DNA of 64,000 nt, from NCBI RefSeq assembly GCF_009914755.1, contig NC_060935.1. One strand, given 5' to 3'. The stretch is from the human T2T-CHM13v2.0 reference genome, Homo sapiens. The notes under the pieces were generated by a model that saw nothing but the letters and a program-made list of their open reading frames with translations, did no database searches and was not told where the DNA came from. Each line of letters starts with the position of its first letter. Position 1 is the first letter of the stretch. Of this stretch, positions 1-13,430 are shown piece by piece. A program made the position numbers and the translations under genes.

Positions 1-1409
1 TCCAGAATAAAGACTTATGTCTAATTCTCATTATTGCAGCCTCCCGTTGACCCTGCCTTGTCCCTTGCAGCTCTCAGTGATTCTCTCTCAGAACAATCAT
101 TTAAACCTAAAAGACCCCAGGACAGAAAGGGATATCTCATTTCCAAATGAGGGGCAAAAAATAAAGCTCTATGTAAACGTAGGTGAGTTTTCATAACACT
201 AAAATGCTATGAGAACTAGGATAATTTTTAGGAAAAAAATTAAAAGGAAAAAATGATAAATAAGAAAATTTTCGAAAAAAAGATGTAAGAATAAGCATTT
301 TCATGAAAATATTATCTATACTTGACTTTCATGATTTTCTTTTTTAAAATGTATTTATTGAAAATTGAGTCTCTCCTATTGAGTAAAAAATTAAGGAGAA
401 AAAACCGATTAATTTGTTGGTGAATATACATATTAAATGGGAGCGAGTAATATTTATTTGATAATTTGCAATTTTCTAATGTCTGGTGACATGTTCTCAA
501 AGAAGAATACAATTATCTCTGATTATATTGAAATGCTAATAAAACACAAACTTAGTAAGTTAGATGCCATTAGAAAGCAATCATCCTTATTTGTTTTAAA
601 AGCTGTTTACATATTTACATGATATTTCCCTTCCATTTTACAAGGGAAATTAAATGATTTCATAAAACAGATGAATCAACTTTGATACATTATAACAATT
701 TCTTATTTTAAAATATGATATCAAAAATATGGTATCAAGTGTCCAAGGCTCTCAGCCAAGTTTGGAAGTCCTCAATATGGGTAGGCGCTGTTATAAAAGT
801 ATTATGGAAATAATGCTAAGTGACTCATGATTTACTTGGAGTTTTCTAGCCAAATTGATCCCATGACATTTACCTTAAATGTTTTTCTTTCCCCTTCCAA
901 ATATAAGTGGTTATTAAGGCAATTATTAGCAGAATAACTATTTATTGAACATTTTATAGAAAACACTGTGCTGGTCAATTTGAAAAGGGAAGAAGTCTGA
1001 AGTGAATTAATTCATCTAAATACACGTTGATAACAATATTACAGAGAATGAAATGAGAGGGTTTTAAAGAATCTGCAGACACATTGCTTTAAGAAATAAG
1101 AGGAAGAATAACACAACTGAAGAAGACAAAAGTGAAAAAAAAGCAAGTTTAGTGTTGGTCTTTGAAATACAAATGAGATTTCTGGGCAAGAATATGTTAA
1201 GATAGGAATTTCTGGCAGGACTGATGTTTCAAATGCGAGAAAATACAAACAGAGCAAGGATAACAATAAGTAAATCCTTTTGACTAGAGTGTAAGATGAT
1301 TGAATAAAATGCAAGAAGGAAAATAAAACGCAGATAAACAGGGGTTCTTTTATCCTAAAAACACTCTTCAATTTGTAGCTATAACACTAAAAGAATGTTT
1401 TAGACTAAT

Positions 1410-1635
1410 AGTTGATAAAGTATGGCCTGGCCAAATCTGGCTCACTACCTGTTTTTTGTTTGTTAGTTTTATTTTGTTTTGTTTGGAGCACAACTATTTA
1501 CTTACATATTGCACATAGCTGGTCTGGAACTACAATGGCAGACTTGAGTAGTTGCAATAAAGACAATATGTCCTGCAAAGCATGAAATATTTACTATCTG
1601 GCCCTTTAGAGAAAATGGCTGTTGAACAGTGTCCT
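1410..1635 (+). mobile_element. MER58A-like hAT-Charlie DNA transposon relic
   Basis: ggccaaatctggctcactacctgtttt...gacttgagtagttgc...aaatatttactatctggccctttagagaaaa matches the recalled MER58A consensus; ends approximate. Confidence 0.75.
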
Positions 1636-2834
1636 AGATTTCTGTGCAATTGTAAATGATGGACTTGGTAGTAGATGTCAGAATAGCTATGTGGTGTGCT
1701 GAAGTTACAGCATAAGATTAAAAGCCAATCCATGAAAATTATTATGCAATACACTATGATAGCATTATACATCCCTTAGCAAGTTTGTCATTTTTTTCAG
1801 CACCAAACACAAAGAATGGCTTTAAAGAAGAATCACACAATTGTATTCTCATGCATTCTCAACCACGTTTGAGTCCTAAAAGATGCCTTCTAAAAAAGAG
1901 AATGCTGACTCTTTTACTGTCCAGATTTTAGAGGTCATAGAAATACTATTATTTCCAAATAGCTATATCATGACTTTTACATTAATTTAAAGATAATAAA
2001 GGTATATGTGAAAAAGAAAATTATTTTTCAAAAGTAGTGTCTCCTCACTTGCCGTTAAAGTAAAGATCGTTTGAACTCTAGATCCTCTAAGGTATAATTT
2101 GCACTGGTTGCTTTCGCCTGCTTTGAAAATGTGTCCTTCCCCCAGTGCCGTCAGCTCACTTTGATCATCAGTTCTCACACTTCTGAAAGCTTCCATTCTC
2201 ACCATGTAGTACTGAATCTTGCATGTGTATAGCACAATTTGGGGATAGGCAGCAATGAGGCCCTGGGGATATTTTCTTTGGGATGCAGAGTTACAGCTCT
2301 TCAGAGTCCATTTTCAAGGTGAACTAGGCTCCTGTGGTTACGTATCTCCCTCCTTCAGAACTGCTTCTAGGCCTTAGGTAAGATTGCTTCTGTATCCTTC
2401 AGAAGAACCCTGTGGGTTCTACAAAGAAGAGCTTAAAGACTAAAATAATGTTATAGGTTAAATGTGTTTTTAGGAAGTTTATGTAAGGGGCAGAAACATT
2501 AAAAACAAAACAAAATCACCATCATAGGTACAAGTAGTTGGGTTTGACCATACTAGACTGAAATAATTCTCTCAAAGCCTATTTGAACTCAATTAAAAGA
2601 TCTCATTGTTATTTTCAGTGTTTTAAGAATTGCTCCTTTGGCAGTTTGTAGAATGTCAGCAAAATTTAGTAGGCACATTTTGGAGGAGTATATTCTCTCT
2701 ATGTATATTTATTTATATACACACACATGTAAATATAATATGTATAATAAATATACCAATGATTACTATTATTACAATATGTACTATACTAATATATATT
2801 AATATATGTTAGATATGTTAGTGAATACATAATT

Positions 2835-2978
2835 AGCCAGGTGTGGTGGTACATGCCTATAGTCCAAGCTACTCAGGGTGCTGAGGTGGGAGGCTTGCTT
2901 GAGCCCAGGAATTTGAGACTGCAGTGAGCCATGTGTCAGCAACAGAGGGACACACCGTTTCACAGAGAAAACAAAAAA
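2835..2978 (+). mobile_element. Old Alu monomer (FRAM/AluJ right-arm-like)
   Basis: agccaggtgtggtggtacatgcctatagtccaagctactcagg...ttgagcccaggaatttgagactgcagtgagcc followed by an A-rich tail. Confidence 0.8.
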
Positions 2979-3549
2979 GTAAGCTAGGAATTTATATGGG
3001 AAAAATACTAGCAAAGTATTGTGGGGGGCTCAAAAGACAGATTATATTGTTCTAGTTGTGAGTTTATGTTTAGTTGTGAGAATCAGAAATACTTTCTGGG
3101 GAAGTTTCATTCTAAAATAAAACTTGGAGGATAAAAGATTTCAGCCAACTATTGGTAGTTGGAGAACCCAGAAAGCATGAGGAAATGCATGACATCAAGA
3201 AAGCTCAGAACTCTAACTATTCCTATTTTTACACCTTGTAAAGTAGGCAAGGGCAGTTTTATGAAATAAATGTGGAGGGACTAGATTGGTGTCAAATTGT
3301 AGTGGTTGAAATTTGTATGAGGTATTGAAGGGTTTTGAGCAAGAAAGATCTGAATTGTGCTTTAGACAGGTTACTTTGATGAAAACAGCAGGTGAAAAGA
3401 AAAAAGAGGGGAGAGGAAAAGAAACTAGAATTTCTAGTTAGTGAGTAGACCATAACAGTACTCCAAAAAAGGAGTAAAAATGATAAATGTAACAATAGCC
3501 AAATACTACTGAGTTTTTTATATGATCTAGTTGCCACTGTAAGTTCTAC

Positions 3550-3700
3550 ATATATGTTGATTTAATTTATTCTAAAATCAATCATATGACGTAGGTACTA
3601 TTTTAACCACATTTTACATATGAGGAGTCTAAAACATAAAAAATTACCCTGGTTTGCCTAAGCTTAAACAACTTACAAGTACGTAAATTTGAGAACCTCT
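3550..3700 (-). mobile_element. MIR fragment
   Basis: gtaggtactattttaaccacattttacatatgaggagtctaa resembles the MIR core in antisense. Confidence 0.55.
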
Positions 3701-4104
3701 GAAGTTGTAAACATTAATTTAGTTAATATTTGTGGACTGGATGAATAAAGGGATTAAGAGTTGGAGCAACATAAGCTACTTATTTTCTTCTTCTTGCCAC
3801 TAAATTGTTATTGTATTAAACCATATTTTATTAATAAAAAATTAGATGATACTGTTTTTCTTTAAATGTAGAGATAAATTCTCCCTCACAGAAGGGAAAA
3901 ACACATCCTCACTTCAACCTAAAGAAATAATATTTTGATCTACTTTTGTCCTGTAACACTTCATATTAACTTTTTCAAATATCAATGTTAAAAATAGCGA
4001 TTTTTTTTAACTCGCCTATATAGCAAGCATTGTCCTTGGTATGGAGAGCATTCTATTTATTTAACTGTTGCTAGGTTAGTAGAATGAAAAAAAGGGAAGA
4101 TTTG

Positions 4105-4474
4105 TGTATTAGTCAGTTTTCACACTGCTATAAAGACATACTTGAGACTGGGTAATTAATAAAAGAAAGAGGTTTAATTGACTCACAGTTCTGCATGGCT
4201 GGGGAGACCTCAGAAAACTTACAATCAGGGTGGAAGGGGAAGAGGCACATCTTACACAGTGGCAGGCAAGAGAGAGCCAGCAAGAGCAGGGAAAACTGCC
4301 TTATAAAACCATCAGATCTTGTAGGAACTCACTCACTATCATGAGAACGGCATGGGGAAAAAAACACCCCATGATCCAATCACCTCCCACCTGCTCTCTC
4401 CCTTAGTGCATGGGGATTATGGCAATTACAATTCCAGATGAGATTTGGGTGGAGACATAGAGCCAAACCTATCA
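4105..4474 (-). mobile_element. Solo MaLR LTR (THE1D/MSTA-type)
   Basis: Starts tgtattagtcagttttcacactgctataaagacatacttgagactggg and ends gagatttgggtggagacatagagccaaacctatca; 5-bp TSD ATTTG (4100-4104) / ACTTG (4475-4479). Confidence 0.92.
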
Positions 4475-5588
4475 ACTTGTGTTCCAGTATAATCATTAAC
4501 TAAATTTATAATCATTTATTCAGCAGGTCATATGAACAGAGATATAAAAGAAAGCTAGCATAATCATCATGCAGTCTACTAATTTTCTTCGTTTTTCTAC
4601 TGAATTGGTGTTTGCAAATCCTGAAAATTACCATAATGGTAAATTATTGCTTTTCCATTAAAGCACTAGGTTCAATGACCACTTTTAAAAAACTATCTGA
4701 TTTTAATATTTTTATTCCATTTATGGACTTTTCTAGGAAACCAACATGCTTTTTCAGATCTGACTTCTTTTCAAACAGAATGCTGGTAAAGATAGAGCTA
4801 GTAGTAGTGAAAATAAAAACTACTGGATCAAGTGATTTTTTTTAAGTTATAGTTATGGTAAATAATGTGACATTTGCCCATGTTACTCCTGGTGACTTAA
4901 CTTAGATCTCTATCTATAATAAAGAAGAATTAAAGAAGCACAGATCAAAGAATGTAAGTAGTAGAATGCAACTTCTCTAATGTCACAAATAATTAAGATT
5001 TAATAATGAACTTAGATATCTGAGGAATCCTTTTGAGCAATAGAGGATTTTCATTTGTGGAAGAAGGGGTTTTAATATATGAACCAAAGTCAGATAGTTT
5101 CATTTTGTCTACCTAATAGCTTATTTTTAAAAAATTTTATGGACTCGGGCTGGAGAATATATCTCAATGATGTTAGAAATGTATTTTACCTATTCACATT
5201 CTGACTTCTGAAGTAGGCTGGTTTCCTGAAGATCCTCATCCCACCTTCCCCTCATAGTATGTGTTCAAGGGATCAGATCTATTCCTTGACTCAGGGATTC
5301 CTTTGGAAAGAAACAGATGCAGGAAACCACCTGTAATAACTAAAGGACAAGCCAGTGTTTGTTTAGCAGTGAAATGCAGGTATCGCAAGAGGGTGTCAAG
5401 TCCACGGATCCTTAATAGGATTATAATGCAAGTACTAGTACTGTCCTATGAAGAACTTCATTGCAGACTCAGGGAGTGTGATGTCAGTACTAATAATTAC
5501 AACAACATATCTTAAAGGCACTATTCCTTTTGCCAACACGTTCACAATATAAAGACATAGCAGACACTGATTTTGGAGATTTATATTC

Positions 5589-6058
5589 TGTTGGGAGACA
5601 ATGCTTGCAATGACTCTCTTAAATTTCTGCAGTTGAGCTAAACAAGAGGCATTGGATGCTTTTGGCAAACTATGTTTTCATGGATGTTTTTAATAGCAGA
5701 CAGCTTTGAAGACAGAAATAACATCTCCATCCGAGGCAGAGCGCAGACTTGTTTCCTGAAGGGTATAATAAAGATTTTCTCTCCCTTTGGGACAAACTTT
5801 AGGCACATTTGCTAGAAGCTCCAAAAGGTCCAGGTTTCTTAAACTCAGGGTTCCTGGACTGTGATACAAATAGACTCCATGTACACTAAGTTTTCCTCCT
5901 CACGCCTGTGGAACTTGAGGGCTAAGGGGACCAGTGAGAATATGAAGCTTATGCTGTCTGCTGTTGTCATGATTAACAAAGTACTTTACCTCTGACTCAG
6001 CATCCATGAAGCTTGGCCAGACTAACTTTTTATCTTACAGGTTGGAAAAAATTTTAGT
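5589..6058 (+). mobile_element. ERVL solo LTR, LTR40-like
   Basis: Starts tgttgggagacaat; internal aaactcagggttcct, ctctgactcagcatccatgaa and caggttggaaaaa resemble the recalled LTR40 consensus; right end approximate. Confidence 0.65.
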
Positions 6059-8068
6059 CTTAATATTTTTTATTTATTTATTTTGGATATTTTTTCTAAT
6101 TAGAGAAGCAGTATTTTCTTAGTGCAGAGAATTTGAAAAAGAGATAAAAGAAGAAAAAATTATGATCTCTACAATGAGAAGCATAATAATTTGATTCTAG
6201 TTCAAATTTTAATATTTTTATGTGTACACATATATATTAGGTAATCATGTTAATAGCATAAATTGCATTTTCTAAACTGCTTTTGTCCTTTAAATTATAT
6301 GAATATTTCTGTGTCATTAACTTTTTGAACATGATTTTGAATATCTGCTTAGTATTTTTTCATTACAACTAAACCATTATTTACATAACCATTCTATTAT
6401 TGAATATTTAGGTTATTTTGAGATTTTAGCTATTAAAAATTATTCTACAGTGAGCATTCTTTTTATACTTTTAATGTGCTTCCTTTATTTACCTTAAAAA
6501 ATCTACAGGGGAAAATTGCTAGTTTTCAGCAATTTCTTGTTGGATTTCTTTTTCATGTGTACTTTGGTTCTCTCATTACTGAGCCAGAAAATTCATGCAA
6601 TCAGAACCTGCAAAGAAGGCTATTTCTCTCATCGTTAACCTGATTAGACTCTTTCTCTACCTGGGGTAAATGGCCTTTGTGGTTTTCTTCTTCTGTAAGT
6701 GTTGATCTGTTTTACAGATTTCACCAATTATCCTTTCACCTACCCTTCAGTCAGGAAATAACACATGGAGGTGTGTCCAAATTTTTTTCCAATTCTCTGG
6801 GCTCTTCAGGAGGTTTCAATGCATTAAAAATATAAAGTCAGACATATGTGGAATGGTGCATTTACTCCAGGGTCTTGTCAAAATCTACTTTTTAATTCCC
6901 CAAGTTTTTAACATTTTTAAATAGCTATCATTAATAGGTCAGTTGTGGCAATTTGTTTTCTCATAGCCTCAAAATGGGTAAGTTGTTTATTTTCCTATAA
7001 TTGATGTTGTGATAATTGTGCTTTATCAAGTTGAATATTTGTTCTAGATAATAACACAAAATCTCCATCAGAAATCTATCTACCTGGGGAGTGCTCTCAT
7101 TTTGTGAGGTATGATTTAGACCCTAATATATAGGATCTATTTTCACACTTGCATCAAATTCAAAATATCAGTCACTTTGCCTCTTTCCAAATCAAGCTCT
7201 ATAATATGGCTGATATCATTTTGGTGTAATAGACTGCTTGTCCATAAGCAAATCATACATAAAACTTAAGTTAGATATTTCTTTCTAAAAAGTGAGGAAT
7301 AGAAAGACTAAGCACCTATTCAGCTTTGTATATTTGCATACCTATATCTTAATGAATATTAAATGAAGTGAATGATTAAATGTCTACAACAAGTAAAGAA
7401 CAAAAGCTCTTCTCTTGTGGTACCAAATAAATGAACACAATCCAACTTTCTCATTTGTTTGTAGCCTTGTTCAAAGGCTTTGGGCTCTTTCCAGGATTCC
7501 CACTTAGAAAAGACAAATAACAAAAAGTAAACAGGCAAATAAAATATATAAAGAAATAAAAGTAAACAAACAAGTATCTCCTGGGTAGATCATGAATTGT
7601 TAGCTTTGGGAAAGTAATTCTCTCTGAAAACAATCTCTACTTTTCACATATACTTTAAAAAATGGAGTCTAAAAATTTCTGGTTATTATAATATGAGTAA
7701 TAAGAATATTTCTTCTTTGTGTCTCATGTATTCCAAAGACTCTGGCACTATAATATATTAAAACATATTTCAAGAATTAATGAATTAATTAGTGTTCTGA
7801 ATCAAGGAATGATGAATGAATTATGGCTGTATTTTCTTATGATGCTGCAAAATATAAGTGCATTAGGTCAAAGAAAGCATCACACTAAGCAAAGCCAAAT
7901 AGGCAAGGAAGTTTTTTTTTTTTTTAACTTCTATTTTAGGTTCAGGGGTACATGTGCAGGTTTGTTATATAGGCAAAACTGTGTTGTGGGGGGTTGTTGT
8001 ACAGATTATTTCATCACCAAGGTACTGAGTACCCAATAGTTATTTTTTTCTGATCCTCTCCCTCCTCC

Positions 8069-8751
8069 TATTACAGTAGGTAGCTAGTCAGGCATGAGCA
8101 GGGCTGGAGAGGGCTCCACCAACACCCCACCAGGAATGTCAGGAGACCATCAGGTGATGGTCAGGTGATTGTTAACTGTCTCTCTAAAATAATAATTGAC
8201 TTCAGCCAGCACCAGGGAAAAGCAGTCTCCCAATAGATAGAAAAACCTGAAACTGGTGATCGGCAGCTTCCTCATAAGATCTCAGGAGCTGGGTGAGTGG
8301 GCTCAAGCATGCGCATTAAGGGAGAAAATGGTGACATTTAACTTTGACCTTCCAGGGATATTGACTGGTAATGGAAGGATGCCTCAAGTGAGCACGCATA
8401 CAACTACAGTAAACACACTGCACATGCTCACCTTCCACGTGCCAGCGGCCATTGCACATGCAGAGAGCCCACGACAAGTGAAGAATCAGGAGAGAAGGGA
8501 TGCAAGATCCCAGGAGTATGCCAACGTATAAAACCCCAAGTCAAAATGTCAAACTGCACACTTGATCTCTGAAGTCACCCTCTTGGCCTTCTTCCAAGTG
8601 TACTTTACTTCCTTTCATTCCTGTTCTAAAGCTTTTTAATACATTTTCACTCCTGCTCTAAAACTTGCTTCAGTCTCTCCTTCTGCCTTATGCCCCTCCA
8701 TTGAATTCTTTCTTCTGAGGAGGCAAGAATTGAGGTTTGCTGCTAGTAACA
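8069..8751 (+). mobile_element. MER50 solo LTR (ERV1/MER4 group) inserted in the L1 3' UTR
   Basis: caggaatgtcaggagaccatcaggtgatggtcagg...gtataaaaccccaagtcaaa...ctgaggaggcaagaattgagg...taaca; 4-bp TSD CTCC (8065-8068 / 8752-8755); L1 sequence resumes after it. Confidence 0.88.
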
Positions 8752-9452
8752 CTCCCATCCTCCACCCTCAGGTAGTACCCAGTGTGTGTTATTTTCATCT
8801 TTGTGTCCACGTGTTCGCATCACTTAGCTCCCACTTGTAAGTGAGAATATGTGGTATTTAGTTTTCTATTCTTGTGTTAGTTTGCTCAGGAAAATGGCCT
8901 TCAGCTCTCTCCATGTTCCTGCAAAGGACATGTTCTCATTTGTTTTTAATTGCTGCATACTGTTCCATGACGTATACGTACCACATTTTCTTTATCCAGT
9001 CTACCATTGTTGGGCATTTGGGTTGATTCCATGTCTTTGCTATTATGAATTGTTCTGCAATGCATATATGTATGCATGTGTCTTTATGGTAGAACACTTT
9101 ATATTCCTTTAAGTATATACCCAGTAATGAGATTGCTGAGTCAAATGGTATTTCTGTTTTTAGCTTTCTGAGGAATTGTTATGCTGCTTTCCATGATGAT
9201 TTAACTAATTTACACCCCCACCAATAATGCATAATATTCCCTTTCCTCTGCAATCTTGCCAGCATCTGTTATTTTTTTGACTTTTTAATATTAGCCATTC
9301 TCACTGGTATAAGATGGTATCTCATTGTGGTTTTGATTTGCATTTCTCTAATGATCAGTGATATTGAGCTTTTTTTCATATGCTTGTTGAACACATGTAT
9401 CAACATGTGGTCTTCTTTTAAAAAGTGTCTGTTTGTGTCCTTTGTCCACTCC

Positions 9453-9495
9453 TTTTTTTTTTTTTTTTTTTTTTTGAGATGGAGTTTCACTCTTG
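9453..9495 (-). mobile_element. Extremely 5'-truncated Alu (tail plus about 20 nt)
   Basis: T-run then gagatggagtttcactcttg (AluSp/Sq-type 3' end); TSD ttgtccact(c/t)c at 9442-9452 / 9496-9506. Confidence 0.8.
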
Positions 9496-11249
9496 TTGTC
9501 CACTTCATAATGGGGTTGTTTGCTTGTTTCTTGTAAACTTGTTTAAGTTATTTATAAATGCTGGATATTAGACCTTTGTCAGATGCAAAATTTGCAAATA
9601 TTTTTTTCCATTTGGTAGGTTGTTTATTCCGTTTTTTTTTTTTCCCCGTAGCAGAGGCTCTTTAATTTGATCTCACTTGACAATTTTTGCTTTTGTTACA
9701 ATTGCTTTTGGTGTCTCATCATGAAGTCTTTGCCAGTTTCTATGTCCAGAATGGTATTGCCTAGGTTGTCGTCCAGGGTTTTTATAGTTTTGGGTTTTGC
9801 ATTTAAATCTTTTATTCATCTTGAGTTGCATTTTTGCATGGTATGAGGAAGGGGTCCAGTTTCAATCATCTGTATATAGTTAGCCATTTATCCCAGCACC
9901 ATTTATTAAATAGGGAATACTTTCCCCATTGATATTGTGATAAAGAAAAAAGGCTAGAACTCATTTTGAGCTCAACTCTGCTGAAACCAAAGACAAGAGG
10001 TGTTTCTTTTCCTTCCATTTCCTTTTCCTTTTCTTTTCTTTCATCACTTTTTTTAAGTACTGGGTTGCACTAGTGGAAAACTTAGGGGGAGGTTGATCCA
10101 GGGATATACTGAGCACTATAAATTATTCCCGAGTTTACTCATGCTTTTCTCTGTGATTAGGCCTTTCATGTTTGCTAATTGGAGCCCACTGAAATTATGT
10201 TGCTACCATAACAGAGACTGGGAGGTAGTGATCTTGTCTTCTTTGATGATTCCACTTCTAAGAGATCATTTCTAGGTCATTCAGAAAGATATCCCAAGGT
10301 CATAAAACTGGTAAGAGTCATATAAAAATATTTACATTATCTCAAAGAGGCGGAGAAAAAATTTACAAGTTTTATAAAGTAAATGCTTAAAGTAAAAGGA
10401 GGTCAGGGGCCTGTAGTCAGGAAGAAGACTATCTGAAGTTTAGTCAAGCTGAGGACAGTGTTTAAGACCCTCTTGATTACATGTAATCTCTTAATAGAAA
10501 TGAAATATTAGAGAAAATTCCTTCTTCCCATGTTTGCAGAACTGGTAACTTTTCATTGAATGAGTATTCTTGGAATGTCAAATGAGAGAATGTTATTACA
10601 TGCATACAGCATGAATTAAAATAACTATCAAATCAAAAGTCACTTATGTGTTATTTAATAGAATAGGAAGCTTAGTGCATGTAGTGTCTCTCTGTCTTTA
10701 ATAAAATGGTATTAAACTCTAATCCCTCAAGCTTTGATTTATTTTATTCTGCTCCATTGCTCCTGTTGGATGATAGCCACGCTGGATTGTAGCTACTGCT
10801 GATTTTCCGTGCTACAATGTCTTTTCTCAGATTTGAAGCCCAGGGCATCAGAGGTAAATGAAAATCAGGCCATTTTTGTCAAAACTCTTCATCGTTGTCA
10901 CTATTGCATTTCATGCTTTGTCTCTTCACGACCCAAGAATCTGGCAGTGATTTCTGTATGGCTTTTCTGCCTTTCTCTTTAACAAGAGCTAACTTTCTGC
11001 ACCTTCTTGGTCATAAGAATACATACTCAAATGCATAGCAGATGGGGGAGAAACTGTAACTTCGATAGTCCCAGAATGGTTACACATTATTAAGAATGAA
11101 AGAGACAATACTTAAAGAACAAAAGTTCATTCTAGGATTATGGCAATTCATTTTATAAATGAGATTTCCGTTTTAGTTTATTTACATTTTCTTTGTATAT
11201 GTGAAATTAATTTAACCATCATATGATTTGGTTTTAAAACTACAATTAG

Positions 11250-11568
<319 letters not shown>

Positions 11569-13339
11569 AAAATGAGAATGATTTTTAGATCTTTGAGACA
11601 ACATATTGTCAATGAGTAAAATTTATTGTTTTAAAAATAAAAGGGTTATAGCCTCAATTTAATACCTGTACAATAGGAATCATACTTTTTGGATGATTAT
11701 ACGTTGTTTCACAAAGGAGTAGAGAAAGAAAAAAAAGCATATTTAAAATAGACCCATAATAAAATTGTAAAAAGATTAAAAATTTTTACTTAAATTTTAA
11801 CTGTTCACAGAAATATATTTAAAATATTAATATTGAGAATATAAAAATATCTTAGGCTATCTAACTTACTTTTAAATACATTTAAATGATTAACCAAGGG
11901 CCACAGCATTTATTATCTGATTATGGCCACTTTATCAGAGGGAAAACAGCTTGCCTCTCAGATAAAAGTATGTGCTTTCCTCATTTTATGAAAGCAACTG
12001 CTTCTAGCTTTTTAAAAACTTATCCTGTGTTGCCTGTCTCTTGTCATTCTAAAAACATAAGTAATTTTTTCCTTTAGCAAAGTTACAAGCATACACTCCT
12101 GACTGAACTGATTTGCAGAAATAAAGTTAAACCGGTTGTTGTATAGAAAGCTTTTAAGAACAGTTCTTTATGGATAAGAAAACCTAACTGGAGATATGCA
12201 TTATCAACTTTATCATGAAATGGAAATTTCGATAGAGTTGTAAGTGCCAGAATGTGGCCATAAATTCTTGACATATATCCTTACTCTGGGTCAGAGAGAG
12301 TGCATGACTCCTAACATAGCCAAAGAACATCCACTTGATAGAAATTCAAATAAGAACTAGACTATTGCATTACATGTAAAATAAAATTATCAAATCACTT
12401 ATAAATTGAAATTATTTAAGACCTTTCAGTTGCTGTATAGAAAAATCAATTCAATTACATTCATTCACTTATTTTTTCAATCAACAAAAATAAAATTGAA
12501 GTAGTGTTCACAGCAGAATTATGAAGACTTCATCAAATTCAATTTGAGAGTTCTAAGTTTGAATTCTAGCTATAAATTACGGATGGTGTTTTTGTGAGAA
12601 TCGGATAACACAATGCATTGTCCACTGATATGTAGTGAGATGTTTATTTCTGCTGTGAATAAGTTGAAGCTTGCATGCGAGTGAGTGACTCCAGGATGTA
12701 GCTCTTTGGTATTTTTTTGTGTTCTCCAAGATAGCTGAAATCTATTCTACTGTGCTTCATCCCCTGGCATTATGAAAAACTGTCACCATTTTCTACTGTT
12801 TTGCGGGGCATATAAATTATTCTACTCTTTCTACACGTTTCTATAGTCGTGGGGAACCTCAATGAGACCAAAGCACTACTGTGCAGCTATTCTCACTGTG
12901 GGGCCTTGCCACCTTCCCAGGCTTTGCCTGAGAGAGGGATAAAAGATCTCCTTTGTCCTTAGATTTCAATAACACTATCATCTGTCATCACCTTCTTCCA
13001 AGCTCAAGTCAGAATGGGAGGAAGTATGGAGAGAGTGGGTGTAACTTAGGGAACAGAACCTCTTTTCAGTAACCCACTGGCATTTATTCATCCCATATTT
13101 CATTTTACTTATTTGTAACCTAGTCCACGACTTACTTAATTTATTTATTTGTTTCTATTTCTGGGTAATATTTTATAGACCATATGTTTTTCTCTGAATT
13201 TTTGTCTACTCAGAGCATCAAACTCAAAGCACTTTTGCTGCATTTTTGTTATAAACAACTCTTCCCACCAGTCAATGGATAGGATTTAGAATCTTTTCCA
13301 ATGAGTGGAAGGTCAGAAGTACCAGCAGAAAGTGAAAGG

Positions 13340-13430
13340 TCATACATGTGTGTGTCTGTACATATGTGTGTAGGTCTGCACATATGAGTATGGATGCATG
13401 CGTGTATACGTATTTGTAATCACATGTATA
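13340..13430. repeat. Imperfect (TG/TA/CA)n low-complexity tract
   Basis: catacatgtgtgtgtctgtacatatgtgtg...tgcatgcgtgtatacgta. Confidence 0.55.

Larger units (their letters stand above)
7912..9931 (-). mobile_element. 5'-truncated L1 (older L1PA/L1PB-type), 3' UTR plus ORF2 C-terminus
   Basis: Poly-T then ttttaggttcaggggtacatgtgcaggtttg; ORF 9269..9508 contains the ORF2 C-terminal motif [23 protein letters not shown]. Confidence 0.92.
7840..10481 (-). mobile_element. ERV1 LTR (MER67/MER31-group) split by an L1 (pieces 7840-7911 and 9932-10481)
   Basis: Left piece tgatgctgc...aggcaaggaag continues after the L1 as agaactcattttgagctcaactctgctgaaac...ggaggtcaggggcctgtagtcaggaagaag...tttagtcaagctgagg...tcttgattaca. 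Confidence 0.65.

Noticed and set aside
8256-8531. 91-aa ORF
   Set aside because: Chance frame inside the MER50 LTR.
10831-10853. Possible 23-nt micro-exon (ttttctcag|...|gtaaat)
   Set aside because: Weak donor and no supporting context; expected by chance.
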